Assembly: GCA_004431415.1 (NCBI GenBank)
Contig: QPMI01000225.1
Location: 62,001-126,000, forward strand
DNA from: Cyanophora paradoxa CCMP329
Taxonomy: Eukaryota; Plantae; Glaucophyta
Length of the DNA stretch: 64,000 bases
Direction: 5' to 3'
This document shows, piece by piece, positions 38,322 to 49,105 of this stretch (the first letter of the stretch is position 1; the number at the start of each line of letters is the position of its first letter). Below the pieces are notes generated by a model that was given only the letters and a program-made list of their open reading frames with translations, made no database searches and was not told the DNA's origin. Made by a program: the position numbers and the translations under genes.

Positions 38322-39840
38322 ATGTACAGTGGCGAGACCGTCGCCGAGGTGGAGCGTAAACCCAAGCACATACGTATACTCGCACACACACCGTTGACGT
38401 TGGCAAGACTGTCATCGGTAGAAAAAGTGGATCGCGAGGTCTCTTGCAACCGGTACCTGGAGCAAGCGGAACTGCTCGCGGCACAGCAAGAGGCGGCCGC
38501 GGCCCGGGGCGCCCTCGAGGAAGCACGTCGGGAGCTGGCAGCAGCCTCGTCCGAGCTGAGCCGCCGGGCAGTCGAGGTCGAGGGCCTGCGGAGTACGCTC
38601 TGTCACCAGCGCGACACGATGCGGAGCGCAGCCGAGGCGGCCAAGCGGGACCTGGAGGTCGCACGGCGGGAAGCAGAGGCACTCGTCATGGGAGCGCGGG
38701 CCACGGCAGACGCTGCGAAGGACGAGGCCGAGGCGCGATGCAAGGAGCTGGAGGTGGCGAGGCAAGAAGGGGAGGCGCTCAGGCGCGATGCGGACGCTTT
38801 TCGCGCTAAACAAGCGGAGTGGCGGGGCGAGCTGTACCGTCTGAGGGCCGATCTGGCGGTGGGCCCCTGATCACGACCTGTTGATTTTCGCCAGTGCTTT
38901 CAATTGAAACCTACGCTTCTGCAGAGGGAGCGGGAGGCGGCGCGGGCAGCGTTGGAGGCGGGGGCGGCCGCGGAAGCGCTGCGGGCGGAGCTGCAGGCTG
39001 CTCGGGACGACGCGGAGGCGGCGAGGGGGCAGCTGGAGGAGGGGCGGGGGCAGCTGGAGGCGGCGAGGGCGGCCGCCGAGGTGGCGGAGAGGGAGGCGCA
39101 GGCGGCCGCCGAGGAGGCGAGGGCCGCCAGGCAGGAGGTGCCCCCGATCCCCATCAGCTAATCCGCCGAACTTGGAGGGGGCTGTGCTTCTCACACGCGG
39201 CCAGGTCGCTTTTCTGCAGGGCCAGATCGCCATCGCTTCCCTCGAGCATCAACTCGAGATCCAAGGGAGAGCAAGGGACGCCTCGGCGCCAGCCCTCGGA
39301 CGGCAGGACTCCGATCGGTCTCGGGACTCCGGATCCGTCCAGGCGCTGGAGGCGGCGCTGCAGGAGGCGCGTGCGGAGGCGGACCGACTCCGTTCGGCGT
39401 CGCTGGACGCCATCGAGGGGCGGCTGGGCGGGATGGGCACGGCAGAGCTGGAGGCGCTGCAGACGCGCTTGGCGGAGGCGACGGTGGCGGTGGCGGCGGC
39501 CCGCGTGCGCGCGGCGCTGCACGAGGCGGTGCTGCGCGACCGCGATCGCGACCGGGAGTCCGTCGCGACATGCGTAGTGTGCGTTAATTAGTCCTGGCGG
39601 CGCCGGCCGGTCCAGCGCTAGCTGCCGGACAGGAGCCTCGCGCTTAAGCTTGACCTTGCATTCCCATTTGCCATCGATCCTGCTAACTTCGTGTGCACTG
39701 GCAGGTGCTTCGAGAGGGTGGTGGGGGTGACGCTCGCGCCCTGCGGGCACACGCGACTCTGCAGCTTCTGCGCGGCCAGCGTCGCCGAGTGCCCCGACTG
39801 CCGCGCACCCATCGAGGGCCGCGTGCGCGCCATCCTGTAG
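38322..39840 (+). CDS. Coiled-coil protein with C-terminal C3HC4 RING finger (putative E3 ligase)
   Basis: Long Ala/Glu/Arg heptads, then spliced CVVC-FERVVGVTLAPCGHTRLCSFCAASVAECPDCRAPI*. The start is uncertain. Confidence 0.82.
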
Positions 39841-40249
39841 CCGCCAGCTGCAGGCCTGAAGCTAGCTAGCGCCACTATATATACAGGTCAGCCATCGCCC
39901 AATTTACATGTACAGGCCTAGGAGGCCGCGCGCGGGGTACAGCTGATTACATGCCGGGGCTTGGCCATTGGCCCCCGCGGCCGGGGGCTGCTGATTACAG
40001 GCCAGCGGCCGGTGCCAGCGCCGGGCCGGGGTTTGAGGGGGGCCGCGCGCGCGCGAGGAGGGCCGCCTCGCCGAGTCGGGGGGTGGGCGCGCGCCGTGCA
40101 CGTACGCGTGGCGCGGCCGCGCCAGGCCGCGCACCGCCGCCGCGCACCTCCTCGTCCAACGCCTCCCGCGCGTCAGCCGCAGGGAGGTCCGCCCCCGCTC
40201 CGCCCGCGCTCTCGCCCCGCCCCGCCTCGCGGGGCCGACCGCGGCGCAG

Positions 40250-41339
40250 GTGGAGCTCCGCGCGCGCACGTACGCGGAGGCCGCGCCCCTCGGCGCCCTC
40301 GGCGCCCTGGAGCGCGCGAAGGTGGAGAGCGAGGAGATGGATGAGCCGCGCGGGGTGGAGCCGCTGCTCGCCGCGCTGGCCGCCGGGCCCAGCGCCCCAG
40401 CCCTCCGCGAGTGGGGCCCCCTCGCCCGCCGCCCCGGTCCCATCCCCCGTGATCGCCCCGGCCCGCGCCAGGTACCGGTTCGTCTAGATCTGGGACTCCG
40501 ACGCCACCCTCTCCGGCGGCGCCCTCCGCGCCCTACCCCGCCTCTCCGCCCTCAGAAGGCCACGGGGGGCTGGCTGGTGGTACCCCCCCGCCCTCACGTG
40601 CGCCCTCGAGCTCCCGGCCCGTCCCGACTCGCACCCCCCGCAGCTCGAGCACGACGTCTCCTGGGAGGACCTGGCGCTCCTGGGGGCGTGCCCCGCGCTC
40701 GAGCTCTTCGGGCCCATCCGCCTCTACTCGCTCCTCCTCACCCCCGAGCTCCTCGCCTCCCTCACCGCCGCACTCCGGCGCTCGCGCCGCCTCGTCCTCC
40801 ACATCAGCCTTGGCGCGTTGGCCAACGCCCGCACGGCGCGACCCCTGACGCGGCACTAGTACTAGTACTGGCAGGCTCGGTGCTGACGCCCGAAATTCTC
40901 GCGTGGGTCGCGTCGCTGGCGCTGGACGCCGGCGAGGGGCGCCTGGAACTCTCCATCCTCGCCGACGACTCCCGCGGCTGCCTACCCGTCGCCGCCGCCG
41001 CGCTCGCCGCCGCCGCCGCGCCCCTCCGCCGCCTCGAGATCACCCTGGGGTGCGACGGCCGATCCGTCGTCGACTCGGCCGAGAGCGACGCCGGCGTGGG
41101 GGTCCTCCGCCTCGCTGCCCTCGCGCCCTTTGCCGACTGCCGCATCCAAGAGCTCGTCGTGCGTCCCCGAGGCCGCATCCGCCGCCGCCGCCGGCCGCGG
41201 GGCGGGGCCTGCCTGCCTGGGTGACGCGCGCGGCAGGTGGCTCTCAGGGGCGGCAGGCCCGGGGTGCAGGCGAACGTGCGGGCCCTGCTCGCGGGAGTGC
41301 TCCCCACCGCCCGCGTCATCTCGAAGCGCCGCTTCTGAA
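40250..41339 (+). pseudogene. C-terminal fragment of a Leu-rich (F-box/LRR-like) family gene
   Basis: Exons WEDLALLGACPAL..LAS LTAALRRSRRLVLHISL and LRRLEITL resemble the segment at 47.8 kb. No clear 5' end. Confidence 0.4.
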
Positions 41340-41528
41340 TTCGAAGCCGGCCGAGCTCGCGGCGCCTCATGGAGGCCAGCGCCCGGGGCCGCTCTATGAC
41401 TGGATCTTCAGTGATTAAAGTTTAGACTTGCAATTGTACATGTTCCGAAATGTGTGCGGGGTGCAGCTGATTACTCTCCTCTTCTGTTTATAATTAATTA
41501 AGTTCTCACAACATCGAATATTATTTCC

Positions 41529-42098
41529 TTTTTTTTGGTGAATTACCGGCCACAGTCTCTAGACACCAGCACTGCCAGGCTGCGGGGGCTGCCCAGGGGG
41601 CATAAAGACAAAAAAGCAAAATAACTAAGACAAGAGCACGAAGAAAGATAAGACAAAGAGCCAAAATCGACAACAAAAAAGAAAAGACACAGAGCTCGAG
41701 ACAGATCGAGAGGAGACGATATCGATAGATCGAGTGACTGATAGGAGACGAGAGGGACAGAGGATGACTGACACGAAGAAGCTTAAGAGCCAGAGCTAGA
41801 AATACCATCAATATCGGAAGGAATTACATCACTAAGAAGCGGAGGACAAAATTGAGAAAGATAAATAACAGGAAGCAGACAAGTAAGAGGAACAACAAGA
41901 CGACGCGGAGGCGGAGGCGAAGCAGGACGACGCGAAAGGGCAGAACTACGGCACGAGGTCGAGGAAGACACACTGTGACAGGAGGCGGAGCAGGCGGATT
42001 AAGAGCAGGCAAAAGGACAGTCATAGGAATCACTAAAGCAGGCCGGGCCGGGGTCGAGGCGGGCAGTCGAACTGCAAACGACGGCGAATATGTACAAC
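41529..42098 (-). mobile_element. Possible 3' end of a non-LTR retroelement (T/C-rich 3' UTR, structured end, A8 tail), interrupted by the LTR element
   Basis: Strongly purine-biased + strand at 41600-42040. The minus strand ends ..CCGGTAATTCACC-AAAAAAAA. No RT sequence seen. Confidence 0.25.
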
Positions 42099-42102
42099 AG
42101 GT

Positions 42103-42540
42103 TGTCGCGGGCGAAATCTTAGGCGGCTGCAGCCTTAGAGAATTTGCCGTTCGTAGAGACCCGGGTTCAATTCCGGCAGTTCGCTTCGGCGTACTTAGAG
42201 ACTCGGGTTCGAATCCAGCGGCTCGCTTTTCATATGTCTGAGCCGTCTGACCGGATCATATGATCTGATCATGAGAGCTTCGGACGACAGCGTGAGGGCT
42301 TCAAGAGCCCGGCGCGTGCGTGTTGAGAGGGATTTTGTCATTCCCGGAGATCGGCCTAGTAGAGAGACTAGAGTAGTGAAACTCTGTCGGATCAAATCTA
42401 CGAGTACTGTTATACTGCTGAACCTGCATCACGCTGGGGCCGGTCTTGCACTCACTGCAGGTCAGAGTCACTCTATAACCTGTTGTCTAGAATCCCGTGC
42501 CACCCCTAGGGCACCGGAATGGGGGATTTCTAGCTCAACA
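42103..42540 (+). repeat. 5' LTR (438 bp)
   Basis: TGTCGCGG...CTCAACA, identical to the 3' LTR except for two indels. Confidence 0.96.
42154..42230 (+). promoter_or_regulatory. Two tandem tRNA-3'-half-like units, each with a Pol III B-box, followed by TTTT (also at 46790-46866)
   Basis: GGTTCAATTCC at 42164-42174 and GGTTCGAATCC at 42206-42216, 42-bp period, T4 at 42227-42230. Confidence 0.7.
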
Positions 42541-42543
42541 TCT

Positions 42544-42555
42544 TGGGGGCTGCTC
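42544..42555 (+). promoter_or_regulatory. Primer-binding site, tRNA-Pro-like
   Basis: TGGGGGCTGCTC, 3 nt after the LTR. The first 8 nt match the classic tRNA-Pro PBS TGGGGGCT. Confidence 0.7.
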
Positions 42556-43573
42556 AAACGCGAACGCTGGCTCTGCGAGCTAGCCGAGCGAGCTTCGCCT
42601 CGCGTTCATTTCATGCGCATAGTCGCTGTGCCTGCAGAAGTCGCCGTGCGCTGACCAGAACCGTTTCGCGCATTCGTCCAACCCCTTCCCGCTCGGCGCA
42701 ACCTATCGCGGGTGAGCGGACGCTGCCGCCAGCGCCATCGCGCCTACGCGTTGCTTAAAGATGCGTATACATCCCTTTGCAATCCGTCCTGGGTCGCGAC
42801 TGGGACTAGCGCTGGGCCCCGGACCCGGCGTCCGACGGTCGCTAGCGCGCGCGGCGCGTACGCGCGCATGCCGGCCGCCGGGCGCCACTAGCGACGACGT
42901 CGACGTCGCGGCTAGCCGGGCTAGCTCCGAGGCTCTAGATCTAGGCGCCACGCGCGCGTCGCAGGGCTGATCGCCGCTCGCTCGTCGCAGCGTCTGCACT
43001 GCAGACCGGGCTGTAGATCGGCGGCTCGTCCGACGGTCGGCGCGGCGCGGCGCTGCACCTCGCGCGAGACCCGGATCCGCGGAGCGCCGCGGGCCGGATC
43101 CGGAGCGCCGGATCCGGAACCAGGGCGCGCGCCGGCATCCCGGCTGCGCGCCGGCGGACCTGCGGCCGGGAGCTCGAGCCTGCGAGCGCGTGCGCGCCGG
43201 TCGCGGGCGCGCGGCGCATCGGCGGGCGCGCTATCGGGGCCGGGGTCGCGGCGCGCTGGGCGTGTCGCGGCGCGCGCGGCGGCGCACCGGCGGGGAGGCT
43301 GCGCGCGGCGCGGTCGACCGTGAGCGGCTCTCGGCAAGAGCAGCCGGCGCTTCGCTGCGAGGCCGAGCGCACTTAAGCTTCTGTACTAGTGGAGCTAGTG
43401 CTGTCGCAAGTGAACTCGCAACTCTCAAGCCTCGTCTGCGACTGGGCGTGCACGTGCACACGAGTCGACGTCTGAATTCGAACTCAAGCTCAAGGGGCGC
43501 GCGGGCCTGCACTAGTACTGCGCGCGACGCGCGGTATCGAGCGGCGGGCGGACGTGTCTAGCTCAAGTTCTCC

Positions 43574-44749
43574 ATGGCTCCGAGTACACGGGGCAGGGGC
43601 GGCGGCCAGCGCGGCGGTCACGGGGCGGCTGGCCATGGAGCGCAAGTGCCTGCTCCTGCGCCTGCGCCAGCTCCGCCTCCGGCTCCAGTTGCACCACCGG
43701 TACCAGCTCCGGCGCCTGTTGCGGCCCCGGCAGCGGTAGCTGCTGCTGCAGTCGAGAACACGTTGAAGAACGCACTGGACGCGTTAACTGGCAACCTGGA
43801 CATGCAAGCACGTCACCACGAGCTGCGAGAATTCAAGGAGAAAATTCCTCCTTTGACTAATACGGGTGTACTGTCGTGGGTCGAGTCGCTGGAACGTTTA
43901 ACAATTTGTATCGATATCCGGCCTCCGACATACACAGAACCCGACAAGACGTTGGCAGAGCTTGCACTGTCTTCGCTGCAGCGCTCGACAAGTGACCCGT
44001 TGCATGGATCCTTCTCGACGGCTGTGCTGGGTGTCATGACTACGAAGTCGGGCAACGGCGACTTGGACATGACGTCGTGGGCACAAATTCGTGAGCACCT
44101 GCTCGGCTTGGTGCCTGGCAACAAATTCGAGCTTCTGAAGAACACTATCAAGACGGCGGGACGTCGCTTCTCTGCGCTGGAAAATCCATCTGAGCTGGAT
44201 GCGCAAGCCTTTATAAATAATGTTGATATTCTTCGTCGTCTACTGCATCTTCAAGATTCGTTCTCCGACGAGATGTTGATCGCGGAAATCATGTCGTCGG
44301 ATTCGATCACTTCACCGTCAATGATCAAGCTCACGAGTAAAATTCCGGAGGGCTCCAGAAATAATCTGGCGGAGTGGAGTCGCGAATTCTTCAGTCGAGT
44401 TCGGTCGCGCAACGCGCTCGAGATTCGATTGCAGCAAGCAAGCACTGGCAATCCATTTTCTACTGCAGCGGCAAGAGCTCCTGTTGCTCAACTTTCCGCC
44501 TTCCCTGATCGTCATCGCCTCGAGGAGGACGACGTCGACAAGCCCGACAGCAAGAAGCTGAAGTTAAATTCAAGTCAGGGCGTTGGACAACCTCGTTGGT
44601 GCGATGAATGCAAGAGCGGCTCGCACAACACTGCCGTCTGCAGCAAGCGACTTCAACGGGAGTTGAACCAGCTGCAAATGCAATATTCAGCCTGTCAGCA
44701 GGAGCTCGAGAAATATCGGAGCTCCGGCAGTCTGGCGGGCGCGAAGTGA
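43574..44749 (+). CDS. gag: Gag-like protein with CCHC zinc knuckle
   Basis: Intronless 391-aa ORF inside the element. CDECKSGSHNTAVC is CX2CX4HX4C. Confidence 0.88.
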   Translation: MAPSTRGRGGGQRGGHGAAGHGAQVPAPAPAPAPPPAPVAPPVPAPAPVAAPAAVAAAAVENTLKNALDALTGNLDMQARHHELREFKEKIPPLTNTGVLSWVESLERLTICIDIRPPTYTEPDKTLAELALSSLQRSTSDPLHGSFSTAVLGVMTTKSGNGDLDMTSWAQIREHLLGLVPGNKFELLKNTIKTAGRRFSALENPSELDAQAFINNVDILRRLLHLQDSFSDEMLIAEIMSSDSITSPSMIKLTSKIPEGSRNNLAEWSREFFSRVRSRNALEIRLQQASTGNPFSTAAARAPVAQLSAFPDRHRLEEDDVDKPDSKKLKLNSSQGVGQPRWCDECKSGSHNTAVCSKRLQRELNQLQMQYSACQQELEKYRSSGSLAGAK

Positions 44750-46738
44750 AAGTATACGCCATGGCGGTTCGGTCTCCGCCTGTGAAGCGAATTAAAAGAC
44801 CAGCGGAGGAGGAATGAGGATTTATATCGTCGCGAAGAGGGGTGTGGTCCCTGCGACGTGGTGGCGGATACTTGTAATTTTCAGCTGCACTTCTCAAGTT
44901 GTGGGTGGAGCGGTGGCAGCTGCAGCTTCGCGGTGCTGGACTGCGCGCACCTGCGACAGCGACGGCCTTTCTTCTGACATTGAAGGTCTGGATTGACCGT
45001 GACTTGATTATGATCATGACCAGGAGCTTGGTCTGGTCGGACTTCGAATTCGTGAATTTGTACAATTTGGAGAAGGCGTCGCTCCGATCCGGTGAACCGG
45101 CGTTCACGACCGAGGCGCGGACCTGCCCATGCCCTGGCCAGGATGGGAAGAACCCAGGAGGGCGCTGTGGACAGTCGTGAGCGGGACTCCGGGAGGACAA
45201 CCGTGGAGGGCGGGATGCCCGAAGTCTCGCTCGAGGCGCGGACCTGCTCGTGACAGGAGGCCTAGGGCGCTCAGGACAGCATTGGACCGGTTGACACCCA
45301 ACCGACGAGACCGGAATCGGCCCTGCATCAGACGGACGCGAGCTCAGCGTTATCGTCGCCGCGGGGTTACTACACTCAAGTCAAGCGTGTCTCGACGCGG
45401 CGTCGTCGAGATGCAGTCCGTCTCGGGAGGAGCGGGCTTGACTGACAAGAAATTTAAACAGGACGACAAGGCATGCATATGCGCACCTCCCATGGTCGGA
45501 TGGAACCGGCCTTTGTCGTTCTCGGAATCAAGGAGGGGACTTGGTTGAGACTGGACACCGTCTCGCCTCAGGTGGAGCGGGGGACGCCCTTAACCATCTG
45601 TTGGCTATGGAGACTGGACACCGTCTCCCTCGTGCTCCTGACCCGGCGGAGGATAGAGCATCCCCGGCGGACCTTCTGGGTCTTCGGACTCGACGTGCAA
45701 CTGCACCTACCGCCGGCGGGCACACAGCAACCGTCACCTTAGCTGTGCGTCCGGCCGCAATTTAATGCTCGGGTCGAACGGCGGAGGATCTTGTCAGGCG
45801 GTTCGGAAATTACGAGCGGAAATTTTGGAAGTACTCATCGCGGCGGCGCCCGCGTTTGGATGTACAGGGCTTCCTCGTTTTTTTCGCCGTCTACAGATTC
45901 AGACGCAGGCCGGAGGGGCCAGACTTCGCCGACGTTGAAGGAGCAGCGGCGTCTGCAAGGCCAACGTCCACGGCAAGTCCACGAGGGCGCTGTCATTCCC
46001 AAATCAAGACTGCCCCTCGTCGAGAGAGTCGTGCTGGCGATGCTGGTTCAAGCATGGCCGCACCTTGCAGCGACCTCTCATTATACATACTTGCGTTTCT
46101 CGCATTTGCAACGCGTATGTATGCAGCTGTCGGCGTTCTTCATGGCACCCGCTGCTGGAGCTCGAAGCATTTGTACAAATCGTGTACATATCAGCCGCAG
46201 CGCGCGGCGAGTAAGCCAAGCAGCAGTACGCAGCTTGAGCTGTTCGATTTCCGATCGATACATCGATATTCTTATTTTAGAATATTGATCGTGATCGCGA
46301 TTTCATATCGTTGAGTTTAGCTTGTACATGAGCTTCGAAAATATTTTCTGAGCTCTAGATGTGAAGCTTTAGTTATATTCTGCCAGTTTCTGATTTTCTC
46401 TGATTTAGGTAGTGCAGCCTTCGCGCTGCTAGATTTAGTGCAGCCTTCGTGCTGCTAGGGCCGTCAGGGCGTTAGAACGCCTCGGCCACTTTTCATTATA
46501 TATACACGTCTTCTGAATTTCGCACGCAGGCATTTCCGAGGTTCTCAGAGGGCTTTACTTTTGCAGCCTTCAGTGTCGGATTTCGTATCCATATATATTT
46601 TCTGGCCTGACCTCTTCGTGGTACTGAGGTTTCAGGACCTGATTTACGTTTACATATGCTAGGCCTCGCATTTTGCTGCGACGAACGTCACGGGCGGGGT
46701 AGCAGGCGCCGAGGACGGCTTTTCTCTGCTGCGACGAA

Positions 46739-47190
46739 TGTCGCGGGCGAAATCTTAGGCGGCTGCAGCCTTAGAGAATTTGCCGTTCGTAGAGACCCGG
46801 GTTCAATTCCGGCAGTTCGCTTCGGCGTACTTAGAGACTCGGGTTCGAATCCAGCGGCTCGCTTTTCATATGTCTGAGCCGTCTGACCGGATCATATGAT
46901 CTGATCATGAGAGCTTCGGACGACAGCGTGAGGGCTTCAAGAGCCCGGCGCGTGCGTGTCACAGTGTTGAGAGGGATTTTGTCATTCCCGGAGATCGGCC
47001 TAGTAGAGAGACTAGAGTAGTGAAACTCTAGATCTGTCGGATCAAATCTACGAGTACTGTTATACTGCTGAACCTGCATCACGCTGGGGCCGGTCTTGCA
47101 CTCACTGCAGGTCAGAGTCACTCTATAACCTGTTGTCTAGAATCCCGTGCCACCCCTAGGGCACCGGAATGGGGGATTTCTAGCTCAACA
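46739..47190 (+). repeat. 3' LTR (452 bp)
   Basis: Copy of the 5' LTR with an extra 8 bp (46960-46967) and an extra 6 bp (47030-47035). Confidence 0.96.
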
Positions 47191-47489
47191 AGGTCGCGAT
47201 CGAGCACGAGGACTATAGCTAGTATTGAAACTAACTCTAGAATATTATTTCCTAGCTAGCTACAGCTATAATAAAGTAGCTATAGTACAGTATATTGCAT
47301 TTGCTTGCAATTGTATACATGTACATGTACATGTACAGATCAATACGTAATTTCAACAATAACGAAGTTACCGCTCTTTCACATTTCATCTCTCGAGCTC
47401 CCTCTGCCAGGCTACCCTTGCATTTGAGCTTTCGATATTAATCATTGATTTAACGTTAATGTTATAATTAATATTTATAATTAGTGCGT

Positions 47490-48785
47490 ATTCGTTGCGG
47501 GCGGCGGGGGCCTCGACTCAGAGCAAGACTCTGAGAGGGCCGCCCAGGGCATGCGCAGGAGGATGCGGGAGGGCCAGCGCCATGGCGGCGCGCGCGGAGG
47601 CCTCGACCCCCCCCCCCCCCCTCCGCCTCCACTCCGACGTCGCTGTCCACCTCCATGGCCTGCTGCACCTGCCGCCCGCTCGCTTCCCGGCCTCTGCAGG
47701 GCGGTGCGAGCGGCGGGGGCGGACCGGGGAGAGGGGCTCGGGAGCGGGGGGGCGGACCGAGGACGGGGGGGGCGGACCGAGGGCGGGGCGGAGCGTGAGC
47801 TGCGGGGAGCGCTGGAGGGCCTCCTGGAGGGCGGCGATGCGCTCGGGGACGGGGCGGGGCGGCCCCCCGCGGAGCTCGACCACGAGGGGCGCGAGGGCGC
47901 CCAGCGCCGCCAGGCCCTCCACCGCCCGGCCCCCTCCACGCGCCCCCTCGACGCCTTGTCAGGGAAGGGCGGGGTGGGGGAGCCGCAAGAGGATGCTCTG
48001 AAGAGGCAGCACCAGCAGGGGGCGGTGGAGGGCGTGGAGGGAGGGGAAGGGGGAAGCCGCGGAGCGCCGCCAGGGCGCCGCCGCAAAGCCGCGCCGAGGC
48101 GGCGCGGCGCAGGCTCCGCGCTGCCTCGGGCGGGCCGGCGCAATCGAGGGCGGGGCGCACTCGCGGAGGGAGCGGGGCGAGGTCGGGCCCGCCCCGAGGA
48201 CCGCCGCCGCCCCTCGCCCTCGCCCTCCTCGCACCGGTACCGCAACTCGAGGCGCTCGAGGGCGAGGCCGGCGAGCCCCCTCGCCCCCTCGAGCCCCGCA
48301 GCTCGATCCTCAGCTGCCGCCCCTCCCGTGAATACGGAGACAGAGGGCGAAGGGAGGAGGCGGGCGGACCTCTCTGAGGCGCGGGAGGCAACACGCGAGG
48401 GCGCGAGCGGAACTCATTCCGTCATTCAGCTCCGCACGCGGGCGACGACGCTTGCGTCATTCAGCTCCGCACGCGGGCGCTACGCGAATCCAACGCCGGG
48501 CCACGCCAGCAGCTGGCCACGAAGCTTAAGCCGTCGCACCGTCGACGTCCAGGAGCTCGAGCTCGAGCGCTGCGAGCTGCTCCACGCGCCCTTGACGCGA
48601 CACCGCGACCTCCACGCGTACGGTGCTCAACTGCACTGCCTCGCGATCGCGATCGGCCTCCTGGCATGACGCCAGCGGTGGCTCAGCGCGCGCGCCGCCG
48701 TGGCGCCGTGATCATGAAGGTCGAGGTGCTCGAGCACGAGCGAGATGATGCCGTCAGGCAGCTCGTCGAACGGCGCCTCCATCAT
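47490..48785 (-). pseudogene. Degenerate F-box gene
   Basis: MMEAPFDELPDGIISLVLEHLD..ARALSHRWR is an F-box, followed by an in-frame stop and broken frames. There is a 25-bp internal duplication (48420-48444 and 48455-48479). Confidence 0.65.
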
Positions 48786-49105
48786 GAGGCTCATGATCAT
48801 CAGCTGAGATTAATATTCAGCTCACGGCGCCGGCCGCCGCGTCGACGTCGACGGTCGACGTCGGGAATCGGGATTTGAGCCTGCAGTTGCAGAGGCTGCC
48901 GAAGTTTCATATCTGCAAATTGCGTACCCCACGAAGCTTTCTGCTGCAAAATTCTGCAAGCCTCTAGATCTCGACGGGCAGCACTCAGCGAGCGGCTATC
49001 TGGTTTTAAGAATATATAGCTAAGAACGCGTTGTTGCCTCTTCAGCACAGCCCGCTGGCAGCATCTTTCATCAAGTTTCATGCAATATACGGCCCGCAAG
49101 CAGTG

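Larger units (their letters stand above)
42103..47190 (+). mobile_element. Non-autonomous gag-only LTR retrotransposon (5088 bp), recent insertion
   Basis: Two TG...CA LTRs, a 4-bp TSD AGGT (42099-42102 and 47191-47194), a PBS after the 5' LTR and an intact gag ORF. No protease, RT or integrase motifs found. Confidence 0.95.

Noticed and set aside
41521-42033. Hydrophobic minus-strand ORFs as membrane proteins
   Set aside because: The hydrophobicity follows from the T/C strand bias, and the ORFs are short and interrupted.
42103-42230. Intact tRNA genes in the LTRs
   Set aside because: Only T-arm/B-box-like halves with imperfect stems; no D-arm or anticodon arm could be built.
44750-46738. 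pol or env gene downstream of gag
   Set aside because: Only short ORFs, with no protease, RT, RNase H or integrase motifs.
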